Origin: Hyphochytrium catenoides
Lineage: Eukaryota > Protista > Hyphochytriomycota
NCBI GenBank assembly: GCA_900088475.1
Contig: FLMG01002824.1
Coordinates: 1-62,203 of the forward strand
DNA: 62,203 nt
Reading direction: 5' to 3'
The notes under the pieces were generated by a model. The model did no database searches. It was not told where the DNA came from and was given only the letters and a program-made list of their open reading frames with translations. Each line of letters opens with the position of its first letter. The first letter of the stretch is position 1. The translations under genes were made by a program, and so were the position numbers. Below are positions 11,696 through 24,914 of this stretch, in pieces.

Positions 11696-14505
11696 TCCTC
11701 TTTTTCCCTCTTGTAGACCCGTCTCACCTCACAGAGCTCCCACGTCATGACAGGAGGCACAGCAAAGGCAAAGCAATGCAGAATGTCCTTGAAGACGTTC
11801 CTCCAGAGCATTGTGAGGACGGCTGCCACTCCTGCCCCTAAACTGTGCCCAACGGTGCGCAGCTTGTACGTCGGGTACCGCTCTACGGTCTCCAGAAGCA
11901 GAGAACGGAGTGACAGGTCGAGGTTGACCGCTGCCTTATAGATGCCCAGATGCACCGTTTGTCTCTTTGTTTCTGGCGCGCTGCAGCCTATCGATAAGGT
12001 ATTAGGTAGGAGAGAGAGACAGAGAAGTCGTCAGGCAAGGAGGAGAGAACCGGTAGATGGTCCACCGAAAGAGAGAGACAGCCGGAGTACGGGAGAAAGC
12101 GAACGACCGCTTTCATAAGGCAAAGGGAATATGGACACAGCTCTCCGATATAGATGGAGGAAATAGCACCCATTTTCTCTGTCTTCTCTCTCTCTCTCTG
12201 GGTCGTTTCTCTCTTCCTTCTTCGCCGTCCAAGTCGTGGTGTCGCCTCTCTTGCTCGATGCTGAATGGCTCCTTACCCTCAGCGTCAAGAAAGTCGATGA
12301 CAGGTGTCGGTGTGTCTCCAATGAGAAAGCCAGAGGCGTCAAAAGGCGTGTAGTTCAAATCTGTGATGACATCGTTCAGGCTCAGTGTCCCTCGGATTGT
12401 GAGGACGATCGATCGAGAAATATGATCTACAACCTGGGCATAGGGTAACGGAGCCGTCAGGCAAGCAAAAGATGGAAGAAGCGACAGGACCGAGAGAAGA
12501 GGAGAGAGAGAGGGAGAGCGAATGGAGACGACGACGCCCACATAGAGAAGCAAGCTTGAGAAAAAAAAGATTCACAGCAACAGCTAGGAAAACTGCCTCC
12601 CTTCCTCGAGTCGCTATGCCTCACCAAGAAATATGAGGGATTATGAAGGGAGCCCTTCCAATCTGCAGAGATAATGTCTTCTCTCTCTATCCGCAGCGTC
12701 TTCATCACCACCACCTCTGGAGAATGGAAAAGAGCTGCTGACGAGTAGACGGTCTCTCCGCCTCCCATTGACAGCATCATTCCGCCGTAGGATGCTGTGG
12801 CAAATCGAGAGTAGATCTGTGCCTCCACGATCCGAGGGTGACGACTAAGGAAGTCTGCAACAGGGAAGAGAGAGAGAAAGAGACAGAAAGTGAGGATGCA
12901 GACAGAGACAGATTAGATGAAGAAGAGAGAGAGAGATACTCACGGGAAAAGGAACAACTCACAGTGACACAGGGCATGACCAATAGAGTAGTGTCTATCA
13001 AAGTGGACGAGTAAGTAGGAAAGTGACTAGAGATTAGGTTCCATGAGGAAAGAAAACCTGAGAGAGAATTGAGGCTCTCTCTCTGTCTGTCTCTCTCTCT
13101 CTCTCAGGAAGCGAGCAAAGCTGTCCAGGTAGTTATCTACGGGCTAGAGTAGCAGCGGGAAAGACCAGAAAATGAGCGATAGCCTGCTGCCTACCTGCAA
13201 TATCCTCTATCTTTGTAACCTTCGGTGGCCTCGTCACCATTTCCTGGAGAACCGAGTAAGTGATCAGCTGTCGAATGAGCGAGAATGAGGATGGCCGCTC
13301 CTCAGGAGGCAGATCGCTGTACACGTGCTGAAGGAGCTTGTGAATCTCTCCCAGTATCTGCGTCTCTTCGGCGTTGAAGCCAATACCTAGGAGCCCAATA
13401 GAGAGAGCGAGAGCGAGAGAGAGAGAAAGAGACGAAGCCAAATCAGGACAAAGAAGGGAGAAAAGTAGTATCAAAAGGTCTCCTCCAGTACAAAGCGTCA
13501 AAAAGCACCGCACCAATAGCTTTGCTAATGTCACTGATGCTCTTGTCCACAGCTCCTGATACTGCTTTGGCAAGACTGGAAAGAAAGAGGGAGAACGGTG
13601 AGGGACCGTCACTTTGAACTGGCGAAGAGAACAATTGGCATGGGTTTTCCATGTAATGCAGATAGATTTTCAAAAGCCAGAGACCAGGAGAATGGCCTCG
13701 GCACAGAGAGAGAGAGAGAGACAGAGCGACAGAAAAGGACATAGAGAGAGAGTGAGGATGAGGAGAAAGGAGAGGGAGAGAAAAGCAAGGAAGAATAGAG
13801 AGAGATGGGAGCGGAGTGAAAATGAGAGAGAAGGAAGAGTGGAAAGAACGGGGAAATGAAGAGCGATATAGACAGAGAGATAGAGAGCAGGGGGAACTGT
13901 TTGCCGCTCGTGGAAGTGAGGACCCTGAAGGACATAAATGCATGCGCTGTGCTCCGCTCTGTTCTCTCGCACCTGCTCGAGGCCCGAACGACATAGATCC
14001 CGGCAGACCTTGCCAGATCCGTGACGCTTGCCACACCTTTGCTCTTCCCTACCGGAGCTAATGGCTTGCTCTCCTCAATCAAACCGGCTCTATATCCTTC
14101 CTCTTTCTTCAGCTCCTCCTCAAGGGCGGCAGCTCCAGTCAACTCTGTAGCAGAAGTTACACTTTGGACTCTTTCTCCCTCGTCTGTGCCGACAGGTCCA
14201 GTAGCGACGTTTGAAGCCGAAGAAGCGGCAGCCTTGGACGGTGAAGCGCCAGTGATGAAGTCCTCAAACTGGTGTCTGTACGTCTGGAAAGGGTCGGGCG
14301 CGGGAGGAGGAGGACGGGCAACATCAGAGCTTTCCTCATCAAAGCTCAAGGACACCAAGAGCTCAGGCTGTTGTGGTTCCGATCCTTTTTGCTCGGTGCG
14401 GCTACTTTCTTCCTCTTCTTTGCCTGGTGCTTCTCCTTCTCGGCGGAAGGTCTTGGCTTGGGTCCATCTGCTTAGATATGAAGATGCAGGCAGAGACGGA
14501 AGCAT
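10729..14505 (-). CDS. Class-3 lipase (diacylglycerol-lipase-like), multi-exon
   Basis: Exons join in frame through GT-AG introns: 12854-12625 (SRFATASYG), 12433-12277 (IVLTIRGTLSLNDVITDL), 11987-11728 (VHLGIY, VGHSLGAGVA nucleophile at 11850-11836, FAFAVPP), 11552-11429 (GDDIVPRLS) and 11145-10729 (YPPGEVY, MLRHHMP). The 5' exons from ATG 14505 are less certain. Confidence 0.88.
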
Positions 14506-14931
14506 CTTGGCTTTCCTGGCCTACTTGCTGTGAGCACTTCCCTTCTCTCTTCTTTCCTAGCGGGCCCAGTGATCGAGCATTCTTTGTCCGACGGACTCAC
14601 AGAGCGATGATACGTTTCATGTCCAAGGAGGAGGGAGACAGAGGGAGAGAGAATGATGCAACGGCTTGCAGGAAGGAGAAGATAAGGCCTTTTTCCCCAG
14701 AAGCAGGGGATGAATGGCCCGTCGTGGTGCCATAGAAAGGAAGCAGTGGCAGCACCAGGATGGTGTTGATGGAGAGAGGAAGACGAGAGGGAGAGGAGAT
14801 AGAAAGAGATTAAGAGAGCGAGGAAGAGCGAGGTGAAGCGAGCGAGCGAACGAGAGAAAGAGAGACACACAGAGAGAGAGAGAACTAGCGATCGAGAGAG
14901 AGAGAGTGAGTGAGAGAGAGAGAGACAAGAA

Positions 14932-14980
<49 letters not shown>

Positions 14981-15531
14981 AGGCATCAGCAACAGGTGAA
15001 GCGAACTCCAGAAAAAGGGATGGTGTCTGTCCTCAAACTCACATCTTATTCGATCCTCCTACGAAGAGGTAATGACTAGTCTTCTCAAGGCAAACACAAG
15101 CTAAACTTTCGTGTCTTCGCTCAACTCATGGCGCTTCTGACCAGTAAAGAATCAATAATCAGTTCATGTTAGATAACCAAATAGAGGCTAGAAACGCCTT
15201 TTGATGAAGAGCATCGATAATCGTAATATCATTAAATGCAGTTATCAATAAGAATCTCCCGCCAAAATCTTCACATTCAGAAAAATCACTTTCTTAGTCT
15301 TCGGTCGGTCTTCATCTGGCACTAGCGACCCGATGATGAGAAGCTCACCGATGAAGCTTCAGCCTCTCTTCCGTCTAGGGACCGCAAGCGGGGTTGGGAG
15401 GAGGGCTGAGAGAATCCGCATGCAGTAGCTACAATCATCATCTCACATTCTGCACGTTAGGAATATCTATGTCATAGGAGCATCGCCTCTTGAAAAGTTG
15501 TTATCTCCCTACTTTTGGGATCCTTACTCCA

Positions 15532-18500
15532 ATGCGGCGAAGCGGCAGCAGTAAGGGTACCTCCCTTCCGAGGGATCCTCTGCGCGAGATCGCGAAAGGA
15601 AGAGCTAGTAGAAAGGGTAGCAATCGCTTAAGTGAAGAGGAGGATGGGACAACATTAGCTGCGAAAAAGAAGCAGAAGATTCTTGATCAACTGAACGCCA
15701 AGCCGCCTCCACATCCGTCCACCATCAGGCAGGAGTTGTCCAAGGCTGTGCAGGTAACACGACGTTCCTTGGTTGGGGCGCTTTTTTGTCACTTTCTTGC
15801 ATAGTACTAAGGACTGTTCACTCCAGTACGCGAACAAATGCCTTCAAATATTGGCTCGCTGTGGGATCCACTGGCAAATGTCCTCCGCGGGTCCTTCGTC
15901 AGCTACTTCTGATCGTGGAAAAGAGAGGCAAAGAGGCCACACCCTCTCCACGCAGACTCCAGAATGTAGAGATCCTGTCTTGGCTAAGGTAGAGCTGGAA
16001 AAGCACTTGGCATCCAAAGGACACCTTATCAAGGACTTTCTTCAAGGTATAGCGGACCAAGACATCCACCCCCTTGCTACCCTGGCGTTCTACTTTTCAA
16101 ACCTCCCTGCATTTTGCCCTTCATTTACTCTTCACGCCCTTCTGACAAGTGAATCTCATATAGAGCTGGAAAAGCTGACCGAAGCCGAGGAGGACTTGAT
16201 GAAGCTACTACTCCCTATGAAGGTATATACGTAGCTCTCAACTACTTTCTTCGCTGTTTTGACACTTCTAATAGACTATGCTTTTCTGATGTCACTGTTG
16301 TCTGGCTCACTGTTGTCTGGCTTAGACGGATAAAAGCTCCCAAGAGCAGAGCCTTCTACGTCTGCTCATTAGCATTGAAAGCCTGCAGCTCCCGATCTTT
16401 GAGCTGATCCTAGAGAAGGTACGCCGTCCGTAATAGGAAGCATGCATAACTCGTACATTGACGGTCACAAGGCCCAGAAGTGCTTGTTCTACTGTTGCAA
16501 CCCCAGAGCTGCATGTGACCTGTCCAGTCGTTGTCTTTTGCTCTTTTTCAATTGTGTCGTGCTCTCTCTTCCCATACCTTCGTGGTTTATGCTCCGTACA
16601 TCTGTCTCTGAGATTCTCAAACGGTCCGCCGCTGCCTCTTCCTAGATTCCGCTCTATCTAGACGACTCGTCAAGCGCACTTGGACCATACAGCATCCCCA
16701 AGCTTATTCTGGCCCAATTCCGGTGGTTGGACTACGTGACCGACAGTGAATTTCTCGTTAGCAAGCTCTTAGAATGTCTTCAGGTTGGGCTCCTCCTTCC
16801 CTTGAAGCCTGTTAAGGCTGCTATTTCGCTCACTGGCTGGGCAGGCCTTGTCCAGGGCTTTCTCGCCTCTGAAGGTGGACTGGCGACTGATACTCCCGCT
16901 TCTATTCCAATCCTTCCCGCTGTCCTTAGGTATCGCCTGCCCCCTTTCAAACAGAGATCATTTCATTTTTACCGGAGATTGTTGGCGATGGAGAGCACGC
17001 GGTAAACAGCTCCTTCCCTGTTGTGCTGTGTGAAGATCCAGTCGTTTATTAGTGCTCTACAGATATCGTCTTGGTAAAGACGCTGCTTGATATGCCATCT
17101 GTCTGTGACACTGGTCCCTTTATGTCCTCCATGTAATGGGCTAGCCCTGAACTGACCTATATATTGCCGCTCCACTAGGCCGTGGTAGAAGCATTGCTAG
17201 AACTTATCCAAGGGGTAAGCCCACGCTACTTCCAAGTTAGTTGTACTGGACTAACCCCAGATTGCTCGCCTTTAGGACTCTTCGCTTACCCTACCGGCCT
17301 TGTATGCGCTCTCCAATCTCTCTCTCCCGGCGTCGCTCCTCCGCGAGACTATTAGCAGAGTGTTACAGCTGCTATCCTCAGGAGATCTTCGTGCTCTCCC
17401 TTCCATTGTCAAGTTCCTGCTTCAATCGAGCTCCTCAGAATCTGCGCCAGATATCGTTCGGGAGTTGCGAATGAGAGTGGAATTTGGTAAGATAAAACGT
17501 GGACTTGGAGAAGAAAGCGGAAGTGAACCCTCCCCATTCCCTTTACGGGAGAGACGCAGCAAATAGGCCTTGGTCATGTCCATAGGCACTCCGATTATGG
17601 CTGCACACTGGTTACGATGCTCTGACCATCTGTCTGCTATCAGACTCGCCGCACAGGAACCAGCAGGACCAGAGCCTATGTCTCACTTTGAAGACCATTA
17701 CTCAAAGCCTGCGCTTCCGCCTTGACATCGCAACAGCCTTTTTCAAGGTACATTTCACTAGTCTCCCTGTATCTTTGAAGCTCCTCTATTTACCTTTCCC
17801 TGGTGGTCTCTAGTCTGTCGACCCGCTCGTAGCAAAGCCTTTCTCTTTCTCCTGGTACGCCGAGATATCGAAGCTCCTTCTCCTATCCGACATATCACTG
17901 AGAGCAATGTTTCTCCATGTCTCCTTTCGTCGTGGTACAGGCCATCAAGAAGGCGGAGTCACCTGGAGAACTCTATGTGCTGGACATGCTGGTCCTTTTT
18001 GCGGGCTACTCCCTTCCTCAGCACCGCCGGACGGTGGAGACCATCCTGAAAAAGAAGATTTGCCCAAGCAAGCGGGAAGGGGCCGGAAAGCGGCCTGTGG
18101 GGTCCTTATTGACGCCCGAGCTGCTGGCCCGCAGCGTTGGCCAGCATCTTGAGACTCTGCTTGACCATTTTGACTCTCTTCTTGCACTTGCGGGCACCTT
18201 CCTCAGGGACTCTCTACCTATAATGAGAGATTATGGTGCGCTCCTCTATGAGCTGACCTTTGATACCTTTCCGGACCGCTACTGCAGACAAGAGGTAAAG
18301 AATTANNNNNNNNNNNNNNNNNNNNNNNNNNNNNNNNNNNNNNNNNNNNNNNNNNNNNNNNNNNNNNNNNNNNNNNNNNNNNNATTTCCTAGCTCTGTTC
18401 TAGAGCTAAAAGCGCTAAACAGGATTGCCATACCCGTCCGCTGCATCATTTTTGTTCGTGTGGAGAAGTATCACGCCATTGCTTAACTGAAAAATGTGCC

Positions 18501-21500
18501 CACCTGTAGGTGCTGGGTGCGATCCTGACCCATTGTGGGTCTGGGAGGAAGGTAGAAGTGGACCGAAGCTTACAGTTGCTAAAGGCGCTTGCTCTCGAGA
18601 GTCCGAAGTATATTACGGGACAATCTTCACCGTCGTCAGCAAGATCAAAAGCTCTAAAGTAGGCTCTCTGTCCTATTGTAAGAGTGGAGTCTGTCTTCCT
18701 CCACCACTCTTGCATACTCGTATGGGAAACCAAACCTTTTTGGGCCTATCTCTCTGCCTGCAATCCGCTTCTCCAGCTTTGATCAACGTCTCTCGAGTCG
18801 GATAGCCTCCATCCAAGTTACTGCTCTGTTATATTGCTGGGGTCGTCGCATGCTTTCTTTGGACGAGCTGGGTACTCATCAGCCTTTGTTGTTGCAGACC
18901 CTTCAATGCCTTTGTGAAGCAACTGCTTGACTATGTGGAGACGTTTGGAGACGACCAGGTGAGCCCCACAACGGTGATGACACTCCGACACTCTTTGTGC
19001 TCGCAGAAGGACTAAGGAGGAGCCCTGCCTACCTGACAATCTTTTCGTCGCTGAACTCTATCTCCTCTCTCTTTTCACTTGTCCTCAGTCCTAATTGATT
19101 GTGATCTCCTCGTAGATCCGGAATGTCTATCAGATTCTTTGCGCTATATGTCTTCCGTCTCTGTCCGACGGTAATGCAGGAGGGGCAGATGAGCTCTTCA
19201 TTCTGATTCGTAAGCAGCTCTCGCACCCTGAGGATTTTTATAAGAAGGTTGGCATCATGGGAGCCACCGTCCTGCTAACTCAACTAGGAAAGAAGGTAAC
19301 AGCAGCTAGCAATGAGCAGTAATGGGAAGCCATACCAACTCTTACCCTTACACCTTCCGTCGTACCCATGTCGTCCTATCGCCAGCCAGTTTGCTTCTTT
19401 CGTTCCTCGTCTCCTCTTCTCTTCTTGTCACGGCTACACTTTCCCGCCTTCACGCCGTCTGACCGGGAACATCGACCTCTGACTGCCCCAATTCCTTGCC
19501 TCGTCATTTATCATCATGCCATGCCATCTCCTAACACGTGGGGCTTCCCAATTCCTCCTTGCTGTCGTGGCCGCTCCGAACACTCTGGCAGAAGGTCTCC
19601 GGCAGGGACGGAGAGGAGGGATCCATAGGAGAAAGTGAAGGGTCACGTGACCTTACGGATGCAGCCCAGCAGGAAGTACAATCACTTCTAAATCTCATGA
19701 TGGGCAGCATCAGGAGTCGACCGGCCTGCCTGGCGTTCCTGTGTGATGAGCTCAGTAATACGATCGGCACAGGTAATACTTCTCCTATCGTCTCACTGCT
19801 ACCACTCCTATCCTTCATATATGGTCGTAGGGCCTACACAAGACTTCATGGCTTATCAACTGCTCCGTCGGCCGATATATAGGAACTCTAGCGGAAGGGA
19901 CTGTCTCTCATATATGTGAGCGATTCCAAGTGCTTTTGGAAGAGTTCTTCTTGGGAGAGTTCAGCGCGGAAGAAGAGGATGCCCTGCCAGCTCTAGAGAT
20001 TCAGGACGTTAAGGCGTGTTTTCTTATGAACCTGGACGGCAAGGTAATTTAGTTCAACTTCTCAAGCGCCGTTAGCCGGATCCCTTCGCAGTACCTCCTT
20101 CCCGCATATATATAGGCTTGCTAGACGTTAGGACGATGTACTCTTCCCTCTCTTCAATGGCCTGACATCCGGTTGCGAAGGAACGTGTGCACTGAGCTTA
20201 TCTTGCCCTGCTCTCCATTTCAAAGGATGCCAACCTGTACGTGAGGATCATGGATCTGCTCACCTCCCCGGTGCAGATCAAGAAGGAAATGCTGATGGTA
20301 CTTTGTCCACTGATCCGGCTCATCTCACGCTGCAACCTGATGCTCTTCGGAAACCTAGAGGAGATGGACGCAGTGCTAGGATGCCCCTTATCTCTCTTCA
20401 GGTGCTGTCTTGCTCTTTCAGTTGTCAGATCTGTTCTCCTAACACATATCGTCCTTCATAGCAAAGCAATTATGGAGGAGCCCTCGGATATCGCTGAGCG
20501 GTTCCTTCCGCTCCTGTGCGAGAGTATTTGGCACGCCATCAACTGGTTTAGAGAGCTGCTGAATGCCTTTAGTACCCAGGAAGGAGACGAGATGAGGCCG
20601 AAAGTACTTCAGAGAATTGCAGATATGCTCCTTCTCCTGTCTCTCCTTCCGTCCTCCCTTTCTCTTTACCCTTCTTTCCGACCACCCTTGCCCTCCGCTG
20701 CGCTGAAGATCTCTCCAGGCCTGGCCCTTGGTAAGGACATCTAATCATTCCGTAACTCCTAAGCTGCCTAGACTGATGTCATCTCTTCTCTGGTTCGTAC
20801 TGCGGTGCTAAGTTCGCCTTTAAAGTCGTCCTTCGTTGGTGGCGTCCCGAGGCTTCTTCCTTGACTACTAGTAAGGAACTGGAGAGTGCGTAAGACTGAC
20901 CTCTTCGCTTGTATACCCTAAGCGACCAAGAGCAAGCCGTCTGGTGGGGGGCTCCAAACAAAAGGCGGGAAAGGACGAGGGAAGGGAAAGACACCCCAGT
21001 ACGACCTCTCCTCCCTTCTGCAAGGCCTCCGACCGCTTGAGCCTAGAGTCTGTGCCGTCCTCTCTTTCCCAGTGTCCGGAGATAGGTCCATTAACAGTGA
21101 GTTGATCAATAAGCTTTATATATTGAGAATATGTCCTAAGAGTTATCTGAGCTGCAAAGATTGGACCTCACTCCTGGTCGCTCTTCCTTCGCCGTGATCA
21201 CAGGCCGCCTTAGGCTAGAACCTGAGGTCTTGGAGTTTCTTCTCCAAGAGACATTGCACCACTTGAGGGCTGCGTTAAACCCCAAAAAAATGACTGCCTT
21301 TAGTCGAGACGAAGGTAAGAGCAAGAGGATGAACGGGGTACAGCTCCCCAATACAGCTCTTAACCTCTAGTCTGCCTCTATCTTCCAGAAAGTGAAGTTA
21401 GCGCTGTGTACTCCGCACAAGAGATCTTTGAGATGTACTTGCCAGACGTTATCCCTGCCTTGGGGTTCCATGCAAAGACTTTGAGTGCCAAGATCAAGGC

Positions 21501-24364
21501 AATGGATGACGATAACACAGCTGGTAAGAGCTAGGCAGCGATCTCTGCATTTCGTCACTAGATCCTCCATTCCTTGTTTCGTCCATGCGTATGATCTCCA
21601 CACTTGACCAACCTTTCATTCAGTTCTCTCAACGTAATGCCCTCTAACGAGCCTTCACGTGTCTTCCAGACGATGTCCTCTCCTTGCGATGCCTGCGGTT
21701 GATCTCGGAAAGCTTTCTTCTCCTTGTTCAGGCAGAGGAGCTGAGAGCATCTCCAAGTGGGCTGGAACTAATTGGAACCGCCATTTGCTCGTTCTTGGGG
21801 CTGAAGGATAAGAATGTAAGTCACTCGTTAGAGATATCTAGAGGTCCCTACCTCTCGATACTCTTAATGTACTTTGCCGATGCTGCGTTTGATCAGCTGG
21901 GTATAGAATGCGATCTAAACGCTCTGAGTTCGGGCTTTGGGAGATGAAGCTTACATTACCTCTAACGTATTGAACGTGCGGTATTGCCCTGTAAGCTTGC
22001 TGGTGTCTCTTGGGCCACTGAGCTCTATGGTTGGCATTGGGGATATATTATCAGATATTCTGCCGCTTTCGGCATTGCATCTCTTTGCGCTCGGCGATCT
22101 TTCCTACAACTGGCTGAACAAGCGAACTCTTGCCACCTCTCCATCTGCTGTTTGTCTAACTCGGCAGGGCTACATTGAAGCGGCGTTTAGCCTCTATGAA
22201 GAAATTTTGTCGCTTATGGAAGACCTTGGGAGTTCTGTGCTTCTTCTTGAGGTGATAGATGCCATCATCGTCCTTGGAAGGTGAGAGGCATGCGTCCTCA
22301 TGTCTCGCTAAATAAGGTCGCACTCTAACTGCGTATATCTCTCCAACATGGACCGTGGTGCTCTTCCTCAGGGAGTCAAGAAGCATTGGACAGACCCCAA
22401 TCAAACCTGTGCAAAGGGAAGTTCTGCAAGACTTAGAGGGCAAGGCAAGTGACCTAGCACTCGGCGTCCTGCGGAAGGATTGGGCCAAAGGTAAACCCTT
22501 GCAAGTTAACCTAACTGTCTGGCTAGGGCTTTACCTGCCACTGGTATCCCCAAATCCTCCTATCTCTCTTCTAAACTCCTCTCTTACATTTAGGAGACGC
22601 AAAGTTCCGCTTTTCAGCTCGAGACCTGCCTCGGGTGGTGCGAGTATATCTGCAGTATTCGCGGGCACCATTAGACGTGGTGGAGCAGATATGCACTGAG
22701 AAGATGACAGACTTACTGGAGGCCGGAGGCAAAGGACCTGTTTACGTACGTTCAAAACGAGATACGCGACATCGCTGTAGCGGCTATACTATGACGTGGC
22801 TTGTTATCCTGGGATCTTCATCTTCAAGAGACAAGGAGTCTCTACGCCTGAAAAGTATTATCCATTGCTTTATCTATAATTGAAGTGGCGGAATGTGTGT
22901 TTCCTCGTATTAGCGTTGAGCCTGTCCCTGCGGTGGCGTGGACACTTCGGCTTCTAAAGTCCGTGTGAATGACTCATTTTTCTTCCTTCCTTCCCAGGAC
23001 CTGCCCACTCTGACCGGTGTTACCTTCAAATTCTTTTATACTCCGATGCTCTTGGTCCTGTCTCAGAGCTTCACGCGGATTGACTTTACACCTGGAAAAA
23101 GTAGTCCAGCGGCTGTCTTTCGGTATGTGAACCGCTGCACCCTGCTGCTACAACTACTGGTGGGCTTCACCAAGTGCTTTGAGAAGAGAGAGGTAAGCTG
23201 AAAGTTGAAGAGGCAGTTTGCAAACATCCAAAGGCTGTAGAAGGTGTTGTTGCTGATCTTAGGCAAGAGGAATGTTTTTGACTCATCATCGTCTCTATGT
23301 TGACCGTCACAGATCCTGAAATGCGCGCTTAAGTATGGCCGACTCTTCCTCGACCACTTTATGTCTGCTATGCCCTACCTAGACATGCACTTCCGCTCCC
23401 ACTCCCATGAAGTCCTTTCGATCATTTCCTCCTTACAGAAGACAACTCGGCAGATACAAACTCTTTGTGCTCATGGGAAGGTCAGCGAGAGTGTGGACTA
23501 TGGCTGAATGGAGTAGGGGGCACGGGTGGGAACAGTGAGGGAGCGAAAGAAATCGTGGCCGTGTGATCTGTCAACCCTGGCAGACCAATGAGCCCCGCTG
23601 TGACGAATAGCTCTGGAAGTCATGCCATGGAAGTTGCGAGTAGAGATGGGATAGATATAAAGACTAGAAGACTAGGACATTAAGGGAAGTGATCGATGGC
23701 TTTTGGGGAGAGGTGAGGGAGGTTGAAGAAGTGTTAAAGTGCTCTTTCGAGTAGTAGTCGTTCTTGCACGCCATCTCTCTGCTGACATCGTTCAATCCTT
23801 AGGTGATCCAAGACAACTCTATGACTGCGCAGGTTCCTGTCATCAAGAAGCTCTTAGAGAGATTCATCTTTCGAGTCAAAGCTTTGGCAGAAGCCAACGG
23901 GGTGATGGATGCCTTTATGGTTGGGAACCTCAAACATAAGTAAGTGCGCTACAATCACTCTTTAAAGTCATAGAAAGAACCTCCTTGCTAGACCAACTCC
24001 CTTGTCCTGCTACTCTATCCCTCATCCATTGTTTGGGCTAACTGAGCGTATGTTGCCCTTTGTTTCTAACGCTTGATAACTTACTTATAGGAGGATTGAT
24101 GGGACGGAAGTGAAAGAAGGAGCAGATGGGCCTAAAGCTGCCATAAGAAAGAAGAAAGGAAAGGAGAAAGTCCAGAATGAATCTGACAAAGATGGCGATG
24201 AAGAAGAGAACGAAGACTCAGGGTCAGCAAGCACACAAGATGATGGGTCTCAAGGGGAAGAAAATGACTCTGCTGATGACAACGACGAAGATGCTGACGA
24301 TGATGAGGAGGCAGCGGATGAGGATGAGGAGGAAGACAACGACGAAGAGGAGGAGGACACCTGA
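15532..24364 (+). CDS. FANCD2: Fanconi anemia group D2 protein, more than 20 exons, acidic C-terminal tail
   Basis: Spliced peptides match FANCD2 blocks: SLLRLLISIESLQ..ILEK, IPKLILAQFRWLD, EIISFLPEIVGD, LPSIVKFLL, YCRQEV..AILTHCGSG, DELFILIRKQLS (K at 19212-19214 corresponds to the monoubiquitinated lysine), HAINWFRELLNAF, LKYGRLFLDHF, LQKTTRQIQTLCAHGK, FMVGNLKHK. Stop TGA at 24362-24364. N gap 18306-18383 lies in an intron. Confidence 0.95.
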
Positions 24365-24914
24365 TTCAAAGGATGATACATTCACCCGCCAGGAACATTC
24401 CTATTGTATAGCCTCCTCCCGATCTCTCCAAGTGTGTCATATAAATCGCTGAACGGCCGTTGGCCCCTCGATACGCAAGCATGTGTACAAGGACTTAACA
24501 CCGTTGAGCGTGCCAAATGACCACCTTGATCGCTGGCTGGCTCAAGCCGCCTACCTCCAGAGCCCCTATACATAAATTTCTAGTACCTGACAGCACGAGC
24601 AGCTCCACATCATGCTTCTCATCACAGGTCTATAACGGATCTCTGAAAAAGAGATTCACAGCCGCCGCAGAAGGCAGCAACAGACTGCTCTCGGCAATCT
24701 TTGGATCCTGCACTAATTGGTGCTAAGTCACTGGAGAGCGTTAACCGTAAGGTAATACCTTTCGTCCGAGACGTAGTACGTACCTGACAGGAAACAATCA
24801 GTGGATTTATGGCGTGATGATTGGAAAAAAAAATCTCCCTTCTTGTCTCTGCAAGGTGGTGGAGGAAACAATCACTTGTTGGTTGTTCTGTTGGTGGGAT
24901 GATGATAGATAGCT

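Larger units (their letters stand above)
220..14980. repeat. (GA/CT)n microsatellite-saturated block 1
   Basis: Repeated perfect and imperfect (GA)n/(CT)n tracts, e.g. 1360-1540, 6640-6775, 7190-7345, 7890-7950 and 14860-14980, including inside the lipase introns. Confidence 0.9.

Noticed and set aside
16292-16322. 15-bp tandem duplication (TCACTGTTGTCTGGC x2) in a FANCD2 intron
   Set aside because: Ordinary local slippage with no evident function.
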